Source: Octopus bimaculoides
Taxonomy: Eukaryota
Length of the DNA: 34,544 nucleotides
Reading direction: 5' to 3'
NCBI RefSeq assembly: GCF_001194135.2
Contig: NC_069003.1
Coordinates: forward strand, 12,636,217-12,670,760
The translations under genes and the position numbers were made by a program. The notes beneath the pieces are model-generated. The model had not been told where the DNA came from and did not search any database. It was given only the letters and a program-made list of their open reading frames with translations. Position 1 is the first letter of the stretch. Every line of letters begins with the position of its first letter. Shown here one piece after another: positions 12,261 through 24,113 of the stretch.

Positions 12261-13349
12261 AATCTATTGTCTTTGTCACCAAGGCGATGGATGTAAGGGG
12301 ATGTTACTGCGACAGTTTACGAAAAGTTATCGGAGGAGGTGTGGCGGAGGGAGTGTTACGTGGAAATCGGACGAAGGGAAACTGATGTGAGGAGTNNNNN
12401 NNNNNNNNNNNNNNNNNNNNNNNNNNNNNNNNNNNNNNNNNNNNNNNNNNNNNNNNNNNNNNNNNNNNNNNNNNNNNNNNNNNNNNNNNNNNNNNNNNNN
12501 NNNNNNNNNNNNNNNNNNNNNNNNNNNNNNNNNNNNNNNNNNNNNNNNNNNNNNNNNNNNNNNNNNNNNNNNNNNNNNNNNNNNNNNNNNNNNNNNNNNN
12601 NNNNNNNNNNNNNNNNNNNNNNNNNNNNNNNNNNNNNNNNNNNNNNNNNNNNNNNNNNNNNNNNNNNNNNNNNNNNNNNNNNNNNNNNNNNNNNNNNNNN
12701 NNNNNNNNNNNNNNNNNNNNNNNNNNNNNNNNNNNNNNNNNNNNNNNNNNNNNNNNNNNNNNNNNNNNNNNNNNNNNNNNNNNNNNNNNNNNNNNNNNNN
12801 NNNNNNNNNNNNNNNNNNNNNNNNNNNNNNNNNNNNNNNNNNNNNNNNNNNNNNNNNNNNNNNNNNNNNNNNNNNNNNNNNNNNNNNNNNNNNNNNNNNN
12901 NNNNNNNNNNNNNNNNNNNNNNNNNNNNNNNNNNNNNNNNNNNNNNNNNNNNNNNNNNNNNNNNNNNNNNNNNNNNNNNNNNNNNNNNNNNNNNNNNNNN
13001 NNNNNNNNNNNNNNNNNNNNNNNNNNNNNNNNNNNNNNNNNNNNNNNNNNNNNNNNNNNNNNNNNNNNNNNNNNNNNNNNNNNNNNNNNNNNNNNNNNNN
13101 NNNNNNNNNNNNNNNNNNNNNNNNNNNNNNNNNNNNNNNNNNNNNNNNNNNNNNNNNNNNNNNNNNNNNNNNNNNNNNNNNNNNNNNNNNNNNNNNNNNN
13201 NNNNNNNNNNNNNNNNNNNNNNNNNNNNNNNNNNNNNNNNNNNNNNNNNNNNNNNNNNNNNNNNNNNNNNNNNNNNNNNNNNNNNNNNNNNNNNNNNNNN
13301 NNNNNNNNNNNNNNNNNNNNNNNNNNNNNNNNNNNNNNNNNNNNNNNNN

Positions 13350-13392
13350 CAAATGACTGAAACAAGTAAAAGAGTAAAAGAGTAAAAGAGTA
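13350..13392 (+). mobile_element. SINE group A 3' tail with (GAGTAAAA)n repeats emerging from gap
   Basis: caaatgactgaaacaagtaaaagagtaaaagagtaaaagag. Confidence 0.7.
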
Positions 13393-13419
13393 TATTATAC
13401 AAACTCCACTAGGAACCAA

Positions 13420-13760
13420 TCAAGGAACAAATCGGGAGTGTCTGTAACAAGATTCATCACATCTGGCAATCAAATATGCCAATGGTCTGCAGTCTTCAAA
13501 GCATATGTAAAGAGTATGGCCCACTATGGAGCCGAAATCTGGGTCATGCAGCTGCTTCAAGGCCACCTTGATGCTACTTACACCAGGTTTCTTATGAGGG
13601 CTCAAAACAGCTCATAACGTGAGCATAAGATCCCTCAAAAAGGTCATCTATGGACACAGTGTCCCTACCTCTATTTGATGGTGTTCGACGTAGACTAAAT
13701 TTTGCTGACCACTTATACCGTGCTGAATAGTAGACAATATCAGATGGTATATTTTGGAGG
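13420..13760 (+). pseudogene. Decayed RTE-clade LINE ORF2 C-terminal fragment
   Basis: Frames give CNKIHHIWQSN, HYGAEIW...LDATYTRFLMRAQN and RRRLNFADHLYRAE, matching the LYGxETW / RRLxxAGH post-RT motifs of RTE elements. Contains stops and frameshifts. Confidence 0.7.
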
Positions 13761-13845
13761 CGACGAGCCGGTAGAATCGTTACCGCGCCGGTCAAAAATG
13801 ATTGGCAGCATTTCTTCCGGCTTCACGTTCAGATTAGGATCTGAA
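13757..13845 (+). mobile_element. SINE group B head, degenerate
   Basis: ggaggcgacgagccggtagaatcgttaccgcgccgg. Confidence 0.55.
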
Positions 13846-13934
13846 AATCGAATATTTCATTAGCAACTGAGTGGCTGCCTATAACTACTCACGGAAACCT
13901 TACATTCCCAGAATCTATTATTGCGGGTTTCACT

Positions 13935-14112
13935 AAGGCGGCGAGCTGGCAGAATCGTTAACATGTCAGGCAAAATGCTTAACGGCATTTTGTCCGTCTT
14001 TACGTCCTGGGTTCAAATGTCACCGAGGTCTACTTTTCCTTTCATCCATTTGGGATCGATAAAATAAGTACCAGTTTTGCGCTGGGGTAGATGTAATCAA
14101 TTAGCCCCCTCC
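13935..14112 (+). mobile_element. SINE group B
   Basis: aaggcggcgagctggcagaatcgtt (A-box-like), gggttcaaat (B-box-like), gataaaataagtaccag. Confidence 0.85.
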
Positions 14113-14882
14113 GTATTAGGCAACCGTAATGACTGAAAATGCTTAACAACTTGTTAAACAATCACTTGAAACGTGCGTATTAAACGCATTCGAAATATCA
14201 ATAATTGAATTTTGTTATTATTCAAACGCACGAGCACGCACAGAAAGACAGACAGACAGACAGACAGACACACTCAGACACATATGCGCGTGCACACACA
14301 GGGATTACTCCATCTGGACAAAAGATTGCCACCTCCTTGTCCTTCCTCGCTGTCAATAGCATTTCTGATTTTCCACCCATGACCTCTCAAATAACTGTTT
14401 AGTCTTGATGAATATCTGCAAGGTTTGGAGCATAGGCGACAGACGAAAGCTATAACTTACTGTGCGCTTCCAGACGGGTTAGGTCTGTACGGGTCGCCAC
14501 TTTTCCATTGCCATAGGACTTTCAGTGGATTGAATGTCATCATAAAGGTTACCATAAAAAGACATCTGTACATCATTGAACTACAGTGATAAATGCATGT
14601 ACAACACGAGTGCAACTCTCTGAGTCTCCATGATTTGTACTTGGCGGAAACCGAAGCGAGATTACCAGTAGTCACGTGAAATTTCAGGTTTTACATCGGT
14701 GACCCTTTCCTAGAAGAATACTGTGACAAGAATTAGGGACCCCTTACTCCTAGTGGTTGTAACTTACTGTGCTTCCGAGTGGTTAGATTTGTACAGGTCG
14801 CCACTTTAACATTACCATACGACTTTCAGTAGAGGGAATGACGAATAAGGTTACCATATAGAGACATCTGTACAGCATTGAA

Positions 14883-15688
14883 GGACCCCCACCCCATCGG
14901 TCCTGAATGACCATTAGATTGCACCTAGAAAGTTCTCTTCCGAGGCACAAGTCCGGGAAAAATTGTTTATGGAATACCAGCAGTCTTCCATGCATACCAG
15001 CTTCCCCTCTTCACGTCACCAATGTTATCCAAGGAGAAGGTGGTAAGCTGGCAGAATCATTAGCATGCCAGGCGAAATGCTTAGCGGTATTTCGTTTGCC
15101 GTTACGTTCTGAGTTCAGATTCCGCCGAGGTCGACTTTGCCTTTCATCCTCTCGGAGTCGATTAAATAAATACCAGTCATGCACTGGGTCGATGTAATCG
15201 ATTTAACCCCTTTGTCTGTCCTTGTTTATCCCCTCTATGTTTAGCTCCTTGTGGGCAATAAAGACATAGGAAACGTTTGCACGCCAGGCGAAATGCTTAG
15301 CGATATTTCGTCTGCCGTTACGTTCTGAGTTCAAATTCCGCCGAGGTCGACTTTGCCTTTCATCCTTTCGGGGTCGATAAATTAAGTACCAGTTACGCAC
15401 TGGGGTTGATGTAATCGACTTAATCCGTTTGTCTGTTCTTGTTTGTCCCCTCTATGTTTAGCCCCCTGTGGGCAATAAAGACATAGATGTTATCCAAGGG
15501 AGAGACAAAGGCTGACACACCTTGGCACCTGTGACACCGCGACTCATATCTACAGCTGAGTGAACTGGAGCAACGAGAAATAAAGCGTCTTGCTCGAGAA
15601 CAACCACACACAGCCCAGTCCAGGAATCGAACTCACTACCTCATGATTGTGAACCCGACGCTGTAACCACTGAGCCATGCACCTTCGC
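14883..15688 (-). mobile_element. SINE group C, long-tail copy with 12-bp TSD, interrupted by a group B dimer
   Basis: Head at 15550-15688 (reverse complement gaaggtgcatggctcagtggttacagcg...gagttcgattcctgg). Flanked by tacagcattgaa (14871-14882) and tacatcattgaa (15689-15700). Confidence 0.85.
15035..15486 (+). mobile_element. Tandem dimer of a SINE group B subfamily with 13-bp TSD
   Basis: Two head-to-tail copies, the second 5'-truncated at about 15270. Flanked by ATGTTATCCAAGG at 15022-15034 and 15487-15499. Confidence 0.88.
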
Positions 15689-16816
15689 TACATCATTGAA
15701 TTACAGTGATAAATGCTTGCACAACACGAAAACCACTTTGTAATTAGTAGCTAGTGACAGACCGAAGCGAGATTCTCAATAACCATGTGAAATTCAAGGT
15801 TTTACGTCAGTGTCTCACTACTAGAAGAAAACCGTGACAATAATTAGGAGTTCTTCATTCCCGGTGGGTTTCTTTTATTTGATTGCTAATTAAACCATAC
15901 CTGGGACCTCGCAAGTGCTGCTACTCCAGGTAAGAGTTGACCCGGGAATAATAACGGCTATGAAGTGGGGTATGAACTGTAACTTCTAAGTACTTAAGTG
16001 TTTCTCTTCTAACACGTTTATCTCAGTATTTAAATCATATTTTAAATTCGCACTTTTAATAAAATAAAACCCTTCTTAGATTTCGGGTCCTTCATCTAAT
16101 CCTTAATTAACTGCTTTCATAATGCAGGTGAATGCAGGTATGGATTTTGATAGACCAACTAGCATACACACACACACACACTCAAATGCACATGCCTGTT
16201 TATGTATGTGAGTATGTGTGTGTGTGTGTGTGTGGATGTGTGTGTTTTGTATGTGTGAGTGGGTCGGTTAGGGTTTGTCGTCATAAATCCTATGACATTA
16301 GGATAATGACAAGAAAGGAGGGAGTAGTACCATAGAAGAAGAAGAAGAAGAAAAAAGAAGAAGAAGAAGAAGAAGAAGCTACTAGTACAACCAGAAGAGA
16401 TCATAAACCATAATAGCTGTCAAGACTGGGCGGAAACCTTCATACAATATTTTTATTTTTTTTCGTTCGTTCTGCTCAGCTCAGACTAAACAAATAAACA
16501 TTAAATAAACGCCCAAAAGCCAGTGAAATGATGATAGCTTTGATTATGGACGGGATATTTTACCTTTTCTTTACCACTAACAATAGGTATCGTGTAACGA
16601 GCCACGGAAGGAACGTCTAACGTCTATATTATATCAAGGGCGGGCAAACGCCGACGCTAAACCCGCACCTCTTTATATTTCGGTTCGCATTCAAGTCTGA
16701 AACCGTTAGCCGTAACAACAACAAAAAGGAAAAAAAAAAAAAAAAAGAAAAAAAACCGAAAAGGTTTGTCTTAATAAACCAGTCAGCAACTTTTGTGTAG
16801 AACAATGAAAAAATGA

Positions 16817-17026
16817 AATGGCAGATTTGTTAAAGCGGTTGGACAAAATGTTTAGCGGTAGTTCATCCGTCTTTACACTCCGAGTTCAAATTCCGCCGAG
16901 GTCAACTTTGCCTTTCATCCTTTTTGGGATCGATATAATAAGTACCAGTTAATCGCTGTGGTCGATGTAATCGACTACACTTCCTCGTCGCCAAAATTAC
17001 CGGCCTTGTACCAAAATTTGAAACAA
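16817..17026 (+). mobile_element. SINE group B (its 3' 163 bp repeated artefactually at 17048-17210)
   Basis: gagttcaaattccgccgaggtcaactttgcctttcatcc...ggccttgtaccaaaatttgaaac. Confidence 0.85.
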
Positions 17027-17376
17027 AATTAAATACGNNNNNNNNNNACACTCCGAGTTCAAATTCCGCCGAGGTCAACTTTGCCTTTCATCCTTTTTGG
17101 GATCGATATAATAAGTACCAGTTAATCGCTGTGGTCGATGTAATCGACTACACTTCCTCGTCGCCAAAATTACCGGCCTTGTACCAAAATTTGAAACAAA
17201 ATTAAATACGCGGTGTATTTAATATAATATACTTGTTTGTATGTATTCATTACAAACAAGTATGAAATAAAATACATCACACATACATACATATATATAT
17301 ATATTTCACCATGCTGGACCGCTGAAATCTACAAGTATTTTTCATTCTCTCTCTGTTTATTTTCTCTTATTCCTTT

Positions 17377-17403
17377 CTGTTGAGGAGCGTAGGCTCGAAA
17401 TGT
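17377..17403 (+). ncRNA. Degenerate hammerhead-like motif in a probable Penelope pLTR remnant
   Basis: CTGTTGAG-GAGC-gtag-GCTC-GAAATGT: perfect 4-bp stem II and GAAA, but the CUGANGA and GAAAC boxes are mutated. Confidence 0.35.
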
Positions 17404-17922
17404 AAAAGACCTTTTCATTTTCCCAAGCATCAAACTAATACACTTGCTTGTTGCTCATATACATACACTTCGTTTTTGCATCTGGTTTGCAAGATTCTTC
17501 ATGTGAATTCGTGTGTTGAAACTAATTTCATTGTGTCTGGAGAGAGTCATACTGCCTTAATATCTAACACACCCACTAGTTCAATTTCCACTCATTTATT
17601 ATTTATATTTTTTCTTTTTTTTTCCAAAATTTTCGTTGCTTTTGCAATCTTGCCAATAGATGTTGACTCTGTCCGTTATCGGAACTGCGTTCCTTTTGTT
17701 TGTTTGTACGCAAGTGTGTGCACCAGTGTGCATGCGTGCTTGTGTATGCACATATGTATGTATGTGCTTGTCTGTCTGTACGTATTACCTGTGTACCTAT
17801 CTATCTATTTACCTATGTACCTATGTATCTATGTATCCATTTACCTATTTAGTTGGCTGATATGCTCCGTACACTAAACACATAAAAACATTAAAATGTA
17901 ATGGTATATCTTTTTTCTACCT

Positions 17923-17994
17923 TCGACGAGATTCAACTTTATAATGATTTAACTATTTTAATTAATTTTCAAAGTTCGAATCGAAACAGCTTTC
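17923..17994 (+). ncRNA. Degenerate hammerhead-like motif with long stem II
   Basis: TCGACGA-GATTCAACTTT-(30-nt AT-rich loop)-AAAGTTcGAATC-GAAACAGCTTTC. Stem II is 11 bp with one bulge. The near-palindromic stem III would read ACAGCTGT-C if one T were G. Confidence 0.45.
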
Positions 17995-18210
17995 AGAGAT
18001 TATATCTATTTTTGTAATTAATAAATATAATTATAAATTGATTTAGCTCTATTTTCTTATTTTTCTTAAATAAATATAAACCTCGGTTTATTTAATTACC
18101 TATTTTTGAATATTAAATCTAATATCCAAAATAAATAATTGATAAGAAACCACTAAATTCATTGGATATTATTATTCCTTAATGAGGCTGCTTATTTAAC
18201 CTCTAATTGA

Positions 18211-18246
<36 letters not shown>

Positions 18247-18299
18247 CCTACTTAACAGCCTACAGGAAAATGTACTTGTGTATGTATATTATATAGGTA

Positions 18300-19220
18300 T
18301 GAAGGTATTTCCTATTTAGTACGGGAACGTTTCATTTATTAGGACGTACTCCTGCATTTGTTTGAGTAATGGGTCCTTCGGGTGATTGGATAAAATGCGG
18401 ATGTCAAGTCGGCTCAGTGTCCCTCCATGTTGGTCTTTGGCGTGTTGGCAGAGTATGGAGGACTGTTTTCTGTCATCATATTGCCTCAAGTCTCCATTTA
18501 TTCTCTCCGCAATGCTTCTAGATATATGCCGTATTCTTGTTCTTACAAGCACCCTCTATGCACCTTATGCTGTACACTATATTTCTAGTTCTACAGTTAA
18601 TGCCAAGGTTAATCTTACATACCACTCAGTTCTCATTAGCGCATGTGGTATTTTCGAAGGGGTACGTCCTACAGAAATGCGTTCTAATGGAGCTCTCTGG
18701 CTTTTCAACGATCTTAATATTAAGTTTGATCTCATTCAGAGCTTTCCTAAATCTATGAGCTAGTTCCCCATGGGGTGTGGCCTCTACAAACATCACTCCT
18801 TAATATTTGCCAGCCTTGTTCCATGTGCTCACTGTGTTTGCTTAGTCACAAATTCTTTGTATACTATTCCTGTCTTTACCTCTGTATCTCGAGTACCACT
18901 GGCTTCATTACATATAATGTTATCTAACTTCTTTCCAGCTCCCTTGTATACACGAATCCTATTTTTCTGGTCATATCCTCAGAATTGCATGCGGCGCATG
19001 AAGTTCTTTACATGTTTCCTTGTTTCATAGGGTTCGCATAGGAGGGACACGGTTATTCATTATCTTAAGTCTGCCATCACTATGTTAATTTTCGTACTGT
19101 GTGACAAAACTGAGTTCTTGTAAACAACCTATTTAGAAGCTACGGGTTTCATGTAATAAAAGTGGAAGAGCTGCACTCTGTTGCTTACAGTCTCTAACCA
19201 AAGTTCAGTATCAAGGACAG
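18300..19220 (-). pseudogene. Decayed Penelope-like retroelement: end of RT/thumb, Cys-rich linker and GIY-YIG endonuclease
   Basis: Reverse frames give PVLDTELW...FYYMKPVAS, KNFMRRMQF*GY, GVMFVEATPHGELA, YPFENTTCAN..VCK..INCRTRNIVYSIRC and SRSIAERINGDL..SSILCQHAKDQHGG..IRIL..DPLLKQMQEYVLI. The domain order is that of PLEs. Multiple stops and frameshifts. Confidence 0.82.
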
Positions 19221-19544
19221 GTGTGTGCAATTATATAGGTGTGTGCAATTATGTTTAGCATGTTCGTGGACATTCGGACGTGGAAAATTCTTTTGCTGCA
19301 GAAATTGTGAAACTCGCTTGTGAGTGACGTCCAAGCACTTTTCCTTTATAATTCGCTCTTATATGGAATCTTGTCATCACATTTGAACTGGTGTCGCCGC
19401 CGTTGGTCTTTCTTTTCTTGATCAAGTTCAAAAGCAAGATTTTTTCTAACAGCATTTGTCTTCCTTTTGGAAATTTCAACCCTTGTCACATTACCAGGAA
19501 ATATCTCCTTTGTCTCTATCCTATATATATACTACAATGGACGT

Positions 19545-19738
19545 TGTTTTCGTCTTGTACTGGTTTAAGTCATTGGATAGCAGCCATGCAGGAGTACCAC
19601 CTTGAAGAGTTGTAGTCAAAACAAATCGCCTGCAACACTTATCTTTTTTAAAGTATGCTACTTATTCCATTGGTATCTATGATGTGCCGTTAAGTTGGGG
19701 GGACGTAAACAAACCAACACCGGTTGTCAAACATTGGC

Positions 19739-19782
<44 letters not shown>

Positions 19783-19792
19783 NNNNNNNNNN

Positions 19793-19846
<54 letters not shown>

Positions 19847-20050
19847 CACACATACACACACACACACACACACGCACACACATATACACAACAGGCTTCT
19901 TTCTGTTTCTGTTTACTAAATCAACTTACAAGACTATGGCCGACCCGGGGTTATAGCAGAAGACAATTGCCGAAGGTGCCACGCAGGGGGACTAAATCGG
20001 AAGCCTTGTGGTCAGGGAGGAAACTTCTCACTATACGGCCACGTCTACGC
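19545..20050 (-). mobile_element. Near full-length SINE group A with central (CA)n
   Basis: Head at 19890-20050, (CA)n at 19740-19885, tail at 19545-19740. Confidence 0.8.
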
Positions 20051-20314
20051 GCAAATCACAGCTACGCCAAAGAAACTATTTTCTCTTCTGTCTCGTCTTA
20101 AGGTTTACTAATTGTGTGAATCGCCTCACCCTCAATTCTCATTCCTTTCAATGTTGAAAACGTCATTCCGCCGTTATTTAAGATGTGTTAGATTCTTTCT
20201 TCGGGCATTTGTCGTATTCTTGCTTCCGGTTTCTCAGATTAAAACCATCTTAATTCTTTGAAATCTTACGGTGTCCATGTATGGATTCTTTGAGCAGCAG
20301 TGCGAACCTACCTG

Positions 20315-20540
20315 ACCTACTTGTTAGGATATGGCATTCACGATCACAAGATCATGGTTTAGATTCCTTGATGGGCGGTGCATTGCGTCCTTGAGCAAAA
20401 TACTTCATTTTACGTTGCTCCAATCTACTAAGCCCTAAATGAGCAGCCTTACAACAAACTGGTGACCCATTCAAAGGGGATGTTGTGATCTCGGTCACTT
20501 ATACGCCATAGAAACTGGGTAATCGGTTCTATGAATCCTG
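20315..20540 (+). mobile_element. SINE group C, degenerate
   Basis: gcgtccttgagcaaaatacttcattttacgttgctcca...cacttatacgccatagaaactggg. Confidence 0.7.
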
Positions 20541-21612
20541 GGACCTGAACACAGTCATGTCCAGAACAACTTCTCATTGGATCTTTTAAAAAATTCTTTT
20601 ATTTCCCCACCCCTCAAAAAACAGAAAATTGTTTCCTGAGGCCTGTTTCGTTGATAGTTGCACGACATCTTCATGCGAATGATTTTTAAAATACTCCAAA
20701 GGGGGTCTTTATTCTTTACGCTGAGTGGTCATGGATCATAGGTTCGCTGGATCTGAGGTGGCCAAGGGTTAAAATACAACATAAACACTGCTAGCATCAC
20801 CATTAGCGTGACCGCCACCGCCACCGCCAGCAATACAAACACTATCATCACCACGAACATCGCCAGCAGCAGCACCGCCGGGGAGGTCTTAGCAGTTGTG
20901 TAGGCCCCCGTGCAAATCACTGCACTGGACACTATAATATTTGCTTACTGAGAGCAAGCCACAGCACATATAAATTGGGCCCCCGGGCCCATGAGATCTT
21001 CTGGGCAACTGACCAATGAAGACGTCACTGACCATCATCACCACCACCGCCAACAACAACAATATCATCATCACTGCAACCACCACAATTATCATAACAA
21101 GCATCATCATCACCAGAAATACCACCACCACCGCCACCACCACCACCACCACCACCATACCAGGTGCTGTAGCTGGTACAGCGAAAAGACGGACTGACGT
21201 TAAGTCTTCACATTTCAGAGTACGTAGTTTGGTGTTGATCGATTTACATTTTGAAAGGAGTCGATAAATAAAATATCGATGAGGTATATTATTGGAAAGA
21301 TACTACGACAGCCATTGTCTACAGCCATGTCAATAATTTCCGACATCAAAATATTATTGAGTCTATCCAGACGATAACGACTGGAGTTCACAACCGAGTT
21401 CATACCGCCCAGACAGTCCGTCTATTAACTCCCCAAACACTTTACACACGTTGTCTATATACTTAATATATACACACTGTGTCTATCCAGTTAACATCTA
21501 CACACAGTGTCTATTTACCTAACATCTACTCAGTCGGTCTGTCCATCCATCTGTTTCTTTCTTTCTTTCTTTCTTCCTTTCTTTCTTTCTTTCTCCCTCT
21601 CTCTCTCTCACA

Positions 21613-21660
<48 letters not shown>

Positions 21661-21745
21661 GTCTGTCCGTCTGTCTGTCTGTTTATCTGCCTGTCTATGT
21701 TTATCTGTCTGTCTGTCCGCCTCTCTCTCTCTCTCCCTCTCTCCG

Positions 21746-21787
<42 letters not shown>

Positions 21788-21984
21788 GCCAATCAACATC
21801 TACACGCTCTCTATCCTGTCAACGTCTACACATTATCCAGTGAACATTGACAGTGTCTCTACGCTAACTAAATAGATAGTCAACATCTACACACTGTGTG
21901 TGTGTCTATTCACTCAACTCTGCGTATAGTCTCTTATCTATCCAGTCAACATCAATACACTTTTCATACAGTCTATATCTACAC

Positions 21985-22334
21985 CAGAGGTTCTCAACCA
22001 TTTTTTTTTATCTATGGACCCCTTCCATTACTATCTTATTCCGGTGGACACCCATAACCATTCGTTGTTTAAATCTAACTTTATAGAAACTTCTTTCAAA
22101 ATTCCTATTTTGTTTTTCACACGTTCACTTGTGTAGGTTGAACTATGTAAAATGTTAGAGAAAGAATCCTAGTTGTTTCTTGTTATATACACCAATACAC
22201 GCATCTAAAGCAAAATTAGTTCAGGAGCCCTTAACATATTATTGTGGTTCCCCAATTTCTTATTTTGTTGTGTGGACCCCAAAACTCTTATATGGACCCT
22301 CAGGGTCCTTATAGACCCCGGTTGAGAAGCACTG
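21985..22334. mobile_element. hAT (Charlie-like) MITE, 350 bp
   Basis: TIRs cagaggttctcaacc / ggttgagaagcactg (13/15). Flanking 8-mers atctacac / atctatat (6/8). Confidence 0.8.
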
Positions 22335-22430
22335 ATCTATATAAAGTGAGTAGCTATCTACTTAACGTCTAAACAGTTTGTCTATTCTCTCCAGTCAACA
22401 TCTACGCATTGTGTCTCTGTCTATCTATTC

Positions 22431-22605
22431 CAGTGCTCCGCAACCTTTTTTCACTTATATTCTTTTCAAAATTCGGCGGCACACCTGAACTAAAAACTAT
22501 AACTAAAGTATAGGAAAACAAATTATATTCAGGTTACACTGCGGTATACTCAGCATCGTCTCGTGACACACCAGTGTGCCGCGGTATACTGGTTGTGGAA
22601 CACTG
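22431..22605. mobile_element. hAT (Charlie-like) MITE, 175 bp, perfect 8-bp TSD
   Basis: TIRs cagtgctccgcaacc / ggttgtggaacactg (13/15). TSD ATCTATTC at 22423-22430 and 22606-22613. Confidence 0.9.
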
Positions 22606-22714
22606 ATCTATTCATTCAACCTAGCCGCACTGTGCCTATCCAGTCATAATCTACAATCTACAGTCTGTGTGTATCTACATTTAAATCTTTACTGTCAATT
22701 TATGATTCTATTCT

Positions 22715-22915
22715 TTTACCAATCTTAGTCGGTGAACTGCGGCCATGCTGGAGTCACGAGTTCAAATAGCTTTGTTATTGTTGTTTTGTGTGTTTTCTTG
22801 TTGTTGTTGTTAGGCCATCATATTGATTCTAATTCATATTTCCAGCTGATTCTTATTTTATCGATCATTGGTTTTACCAAACCGCTGATTATGGGGCAAA
22901 AGGACACTGCATAAA
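22715..22915 (-). mobile_element. SINE group A 3' part, degenerate
   Basis: actgcggccatgctggagtcac...ttttaccaaaccgctgattatgggg. Confidence 0.6.
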
Positions 22916-22944
22916 CAACACTTGGTTTTAGATTCGTTGATGAG

Positions 22945-23045
22945 GGATCTCTGTCGGTTTCGACGATGACTATTCAGTTGTTAGTTCTACGGAATTTCCT
23001 GCGCATTGAATTGACATGTATGTGGCTGAGCACTCCACTGACTAC
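22945..23045 (-). mobile_element. 3' part of the SINE tail seen at 27880-27985
   Basis: gtggctgagcactccac is the reverse complement of gtggagtgctcagccac at about 27890. Confidence 0.6.
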
Positions 23046-24113
23046 AAGGTGTGTGACCAGGCTGCACTTTCTGAATTACAGCTACAATCAAGTTTCAGTT
23101 ATACAATATGGGTCGACCTGCGACTAGCGAAAATAACATTTGTCTAAGATGCCATGCTGTGGGATCGAACTTGGATCGTGGGACCGTAATTGCAAAACGA
23201 ACATCTGTACCTACTAGTCCGGTTTAAACACACGCACACATATACGTGAGTGTGTGTGTCTTGGTACCAGGCGATGCCCAGCCACGTAGTAATCATGTAT
23301 AGATTTCAGAACAGGTTCCAAATTTTCTTTTGTTACCATATTTCTGTAGATATACACCCATTTCGTCTCAATTAATTTCAAACATATTGAAGAATTTAAT
23401 AAAATAATTGTGTCATCGTTATTCTGATGTTTAGAACATAAACTACCATGAAATTTTGGTAAAAAGTTTTAATTTAGATCACTTTAAAAAAGAAAGTTTG
23501 TATCCTAGAACCAGTGGGAAATTTCACATGGATTATAAAACACAGACTGATAGAATCATACAATATCTTACCCTTTTTTAACCATATTTCTGTTGAAATA
23601 CACTGTCTTTGTTTCAATTAATTTTGAAAATAATGAAATATTTAGTAAAATAACCTTTCCATCGTTAATCAGGTATTTGGAACATAAATTAACATCGAAC
23701 TTAAAATGGAGGCATTGTTAAAACACGGAATACTGCGATATTAGCCAAGAGATATGCTCTCATATAGGCGTTTGGTGTTCTAACAAGATATCCACGTTAA
23801 GTTGGATATACAGATTATCTTTTGGTAATAATATTGTTTCCGTTGCTGATAGTTAATAAACTAACATGAAAATTTGAAGGATGGTTTTAATTTAGATCAG
23901 TTTAAAACAGGTTGTTTGTACCACAGACTGAACCAAGGAATGGTCTCTGGTGAGTTACAGAACACAGAGACTAATGAGTCATAAAATGTTCAACACGTTT
24001 GTTACCATATTCCTGTTGAAAACACTGCCTTTGTCTTAATTAATTTTGAAAATAATGAAGAATTTATTAAAACAATTTTGTCATTATTTAACCTTGTGAT
24101 TGGAGCATAAATT

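Larger units (their letters stand above)
14453..15870 (+). repeat. Two-copy ~307-bp tandem duplication; second copy split by a nested SINE insertion
   Basis: Unit 1 is 14453-14759. Unit 2 is 14760-14882 plus 15701-15870. Shared blocks include taacttactgtg, gtcgccacttt, aggttaccata, accgaagcgagatt and ctagaagaa. Confidence 0.85.
21440..22680 (+). repeat. Degenerate ~30-bp minisatellite (tctatccagtcaacatctacacactgtg), interrupted by simple repeats (21545-21790) and two MITEs
   Basis: The motifs atccagtcaacatcta and atctacacac recur on both sides of both MITEs. Confidence 0.7.

Noticed and set aside
1487-13419. Long ORFs of 230-450 aa in the track (for example 1487-2371, 5377-6410, 10336-11688, 12304-13419)
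   Set aside because: They are translations of N gaps and dinucleotide repeats.
16875-17210. Exact 163-bp direct repeat
   Set aside because: Identical copies (16875-17037, 17048-17210) flank a 10-N gap; assembly artefact.
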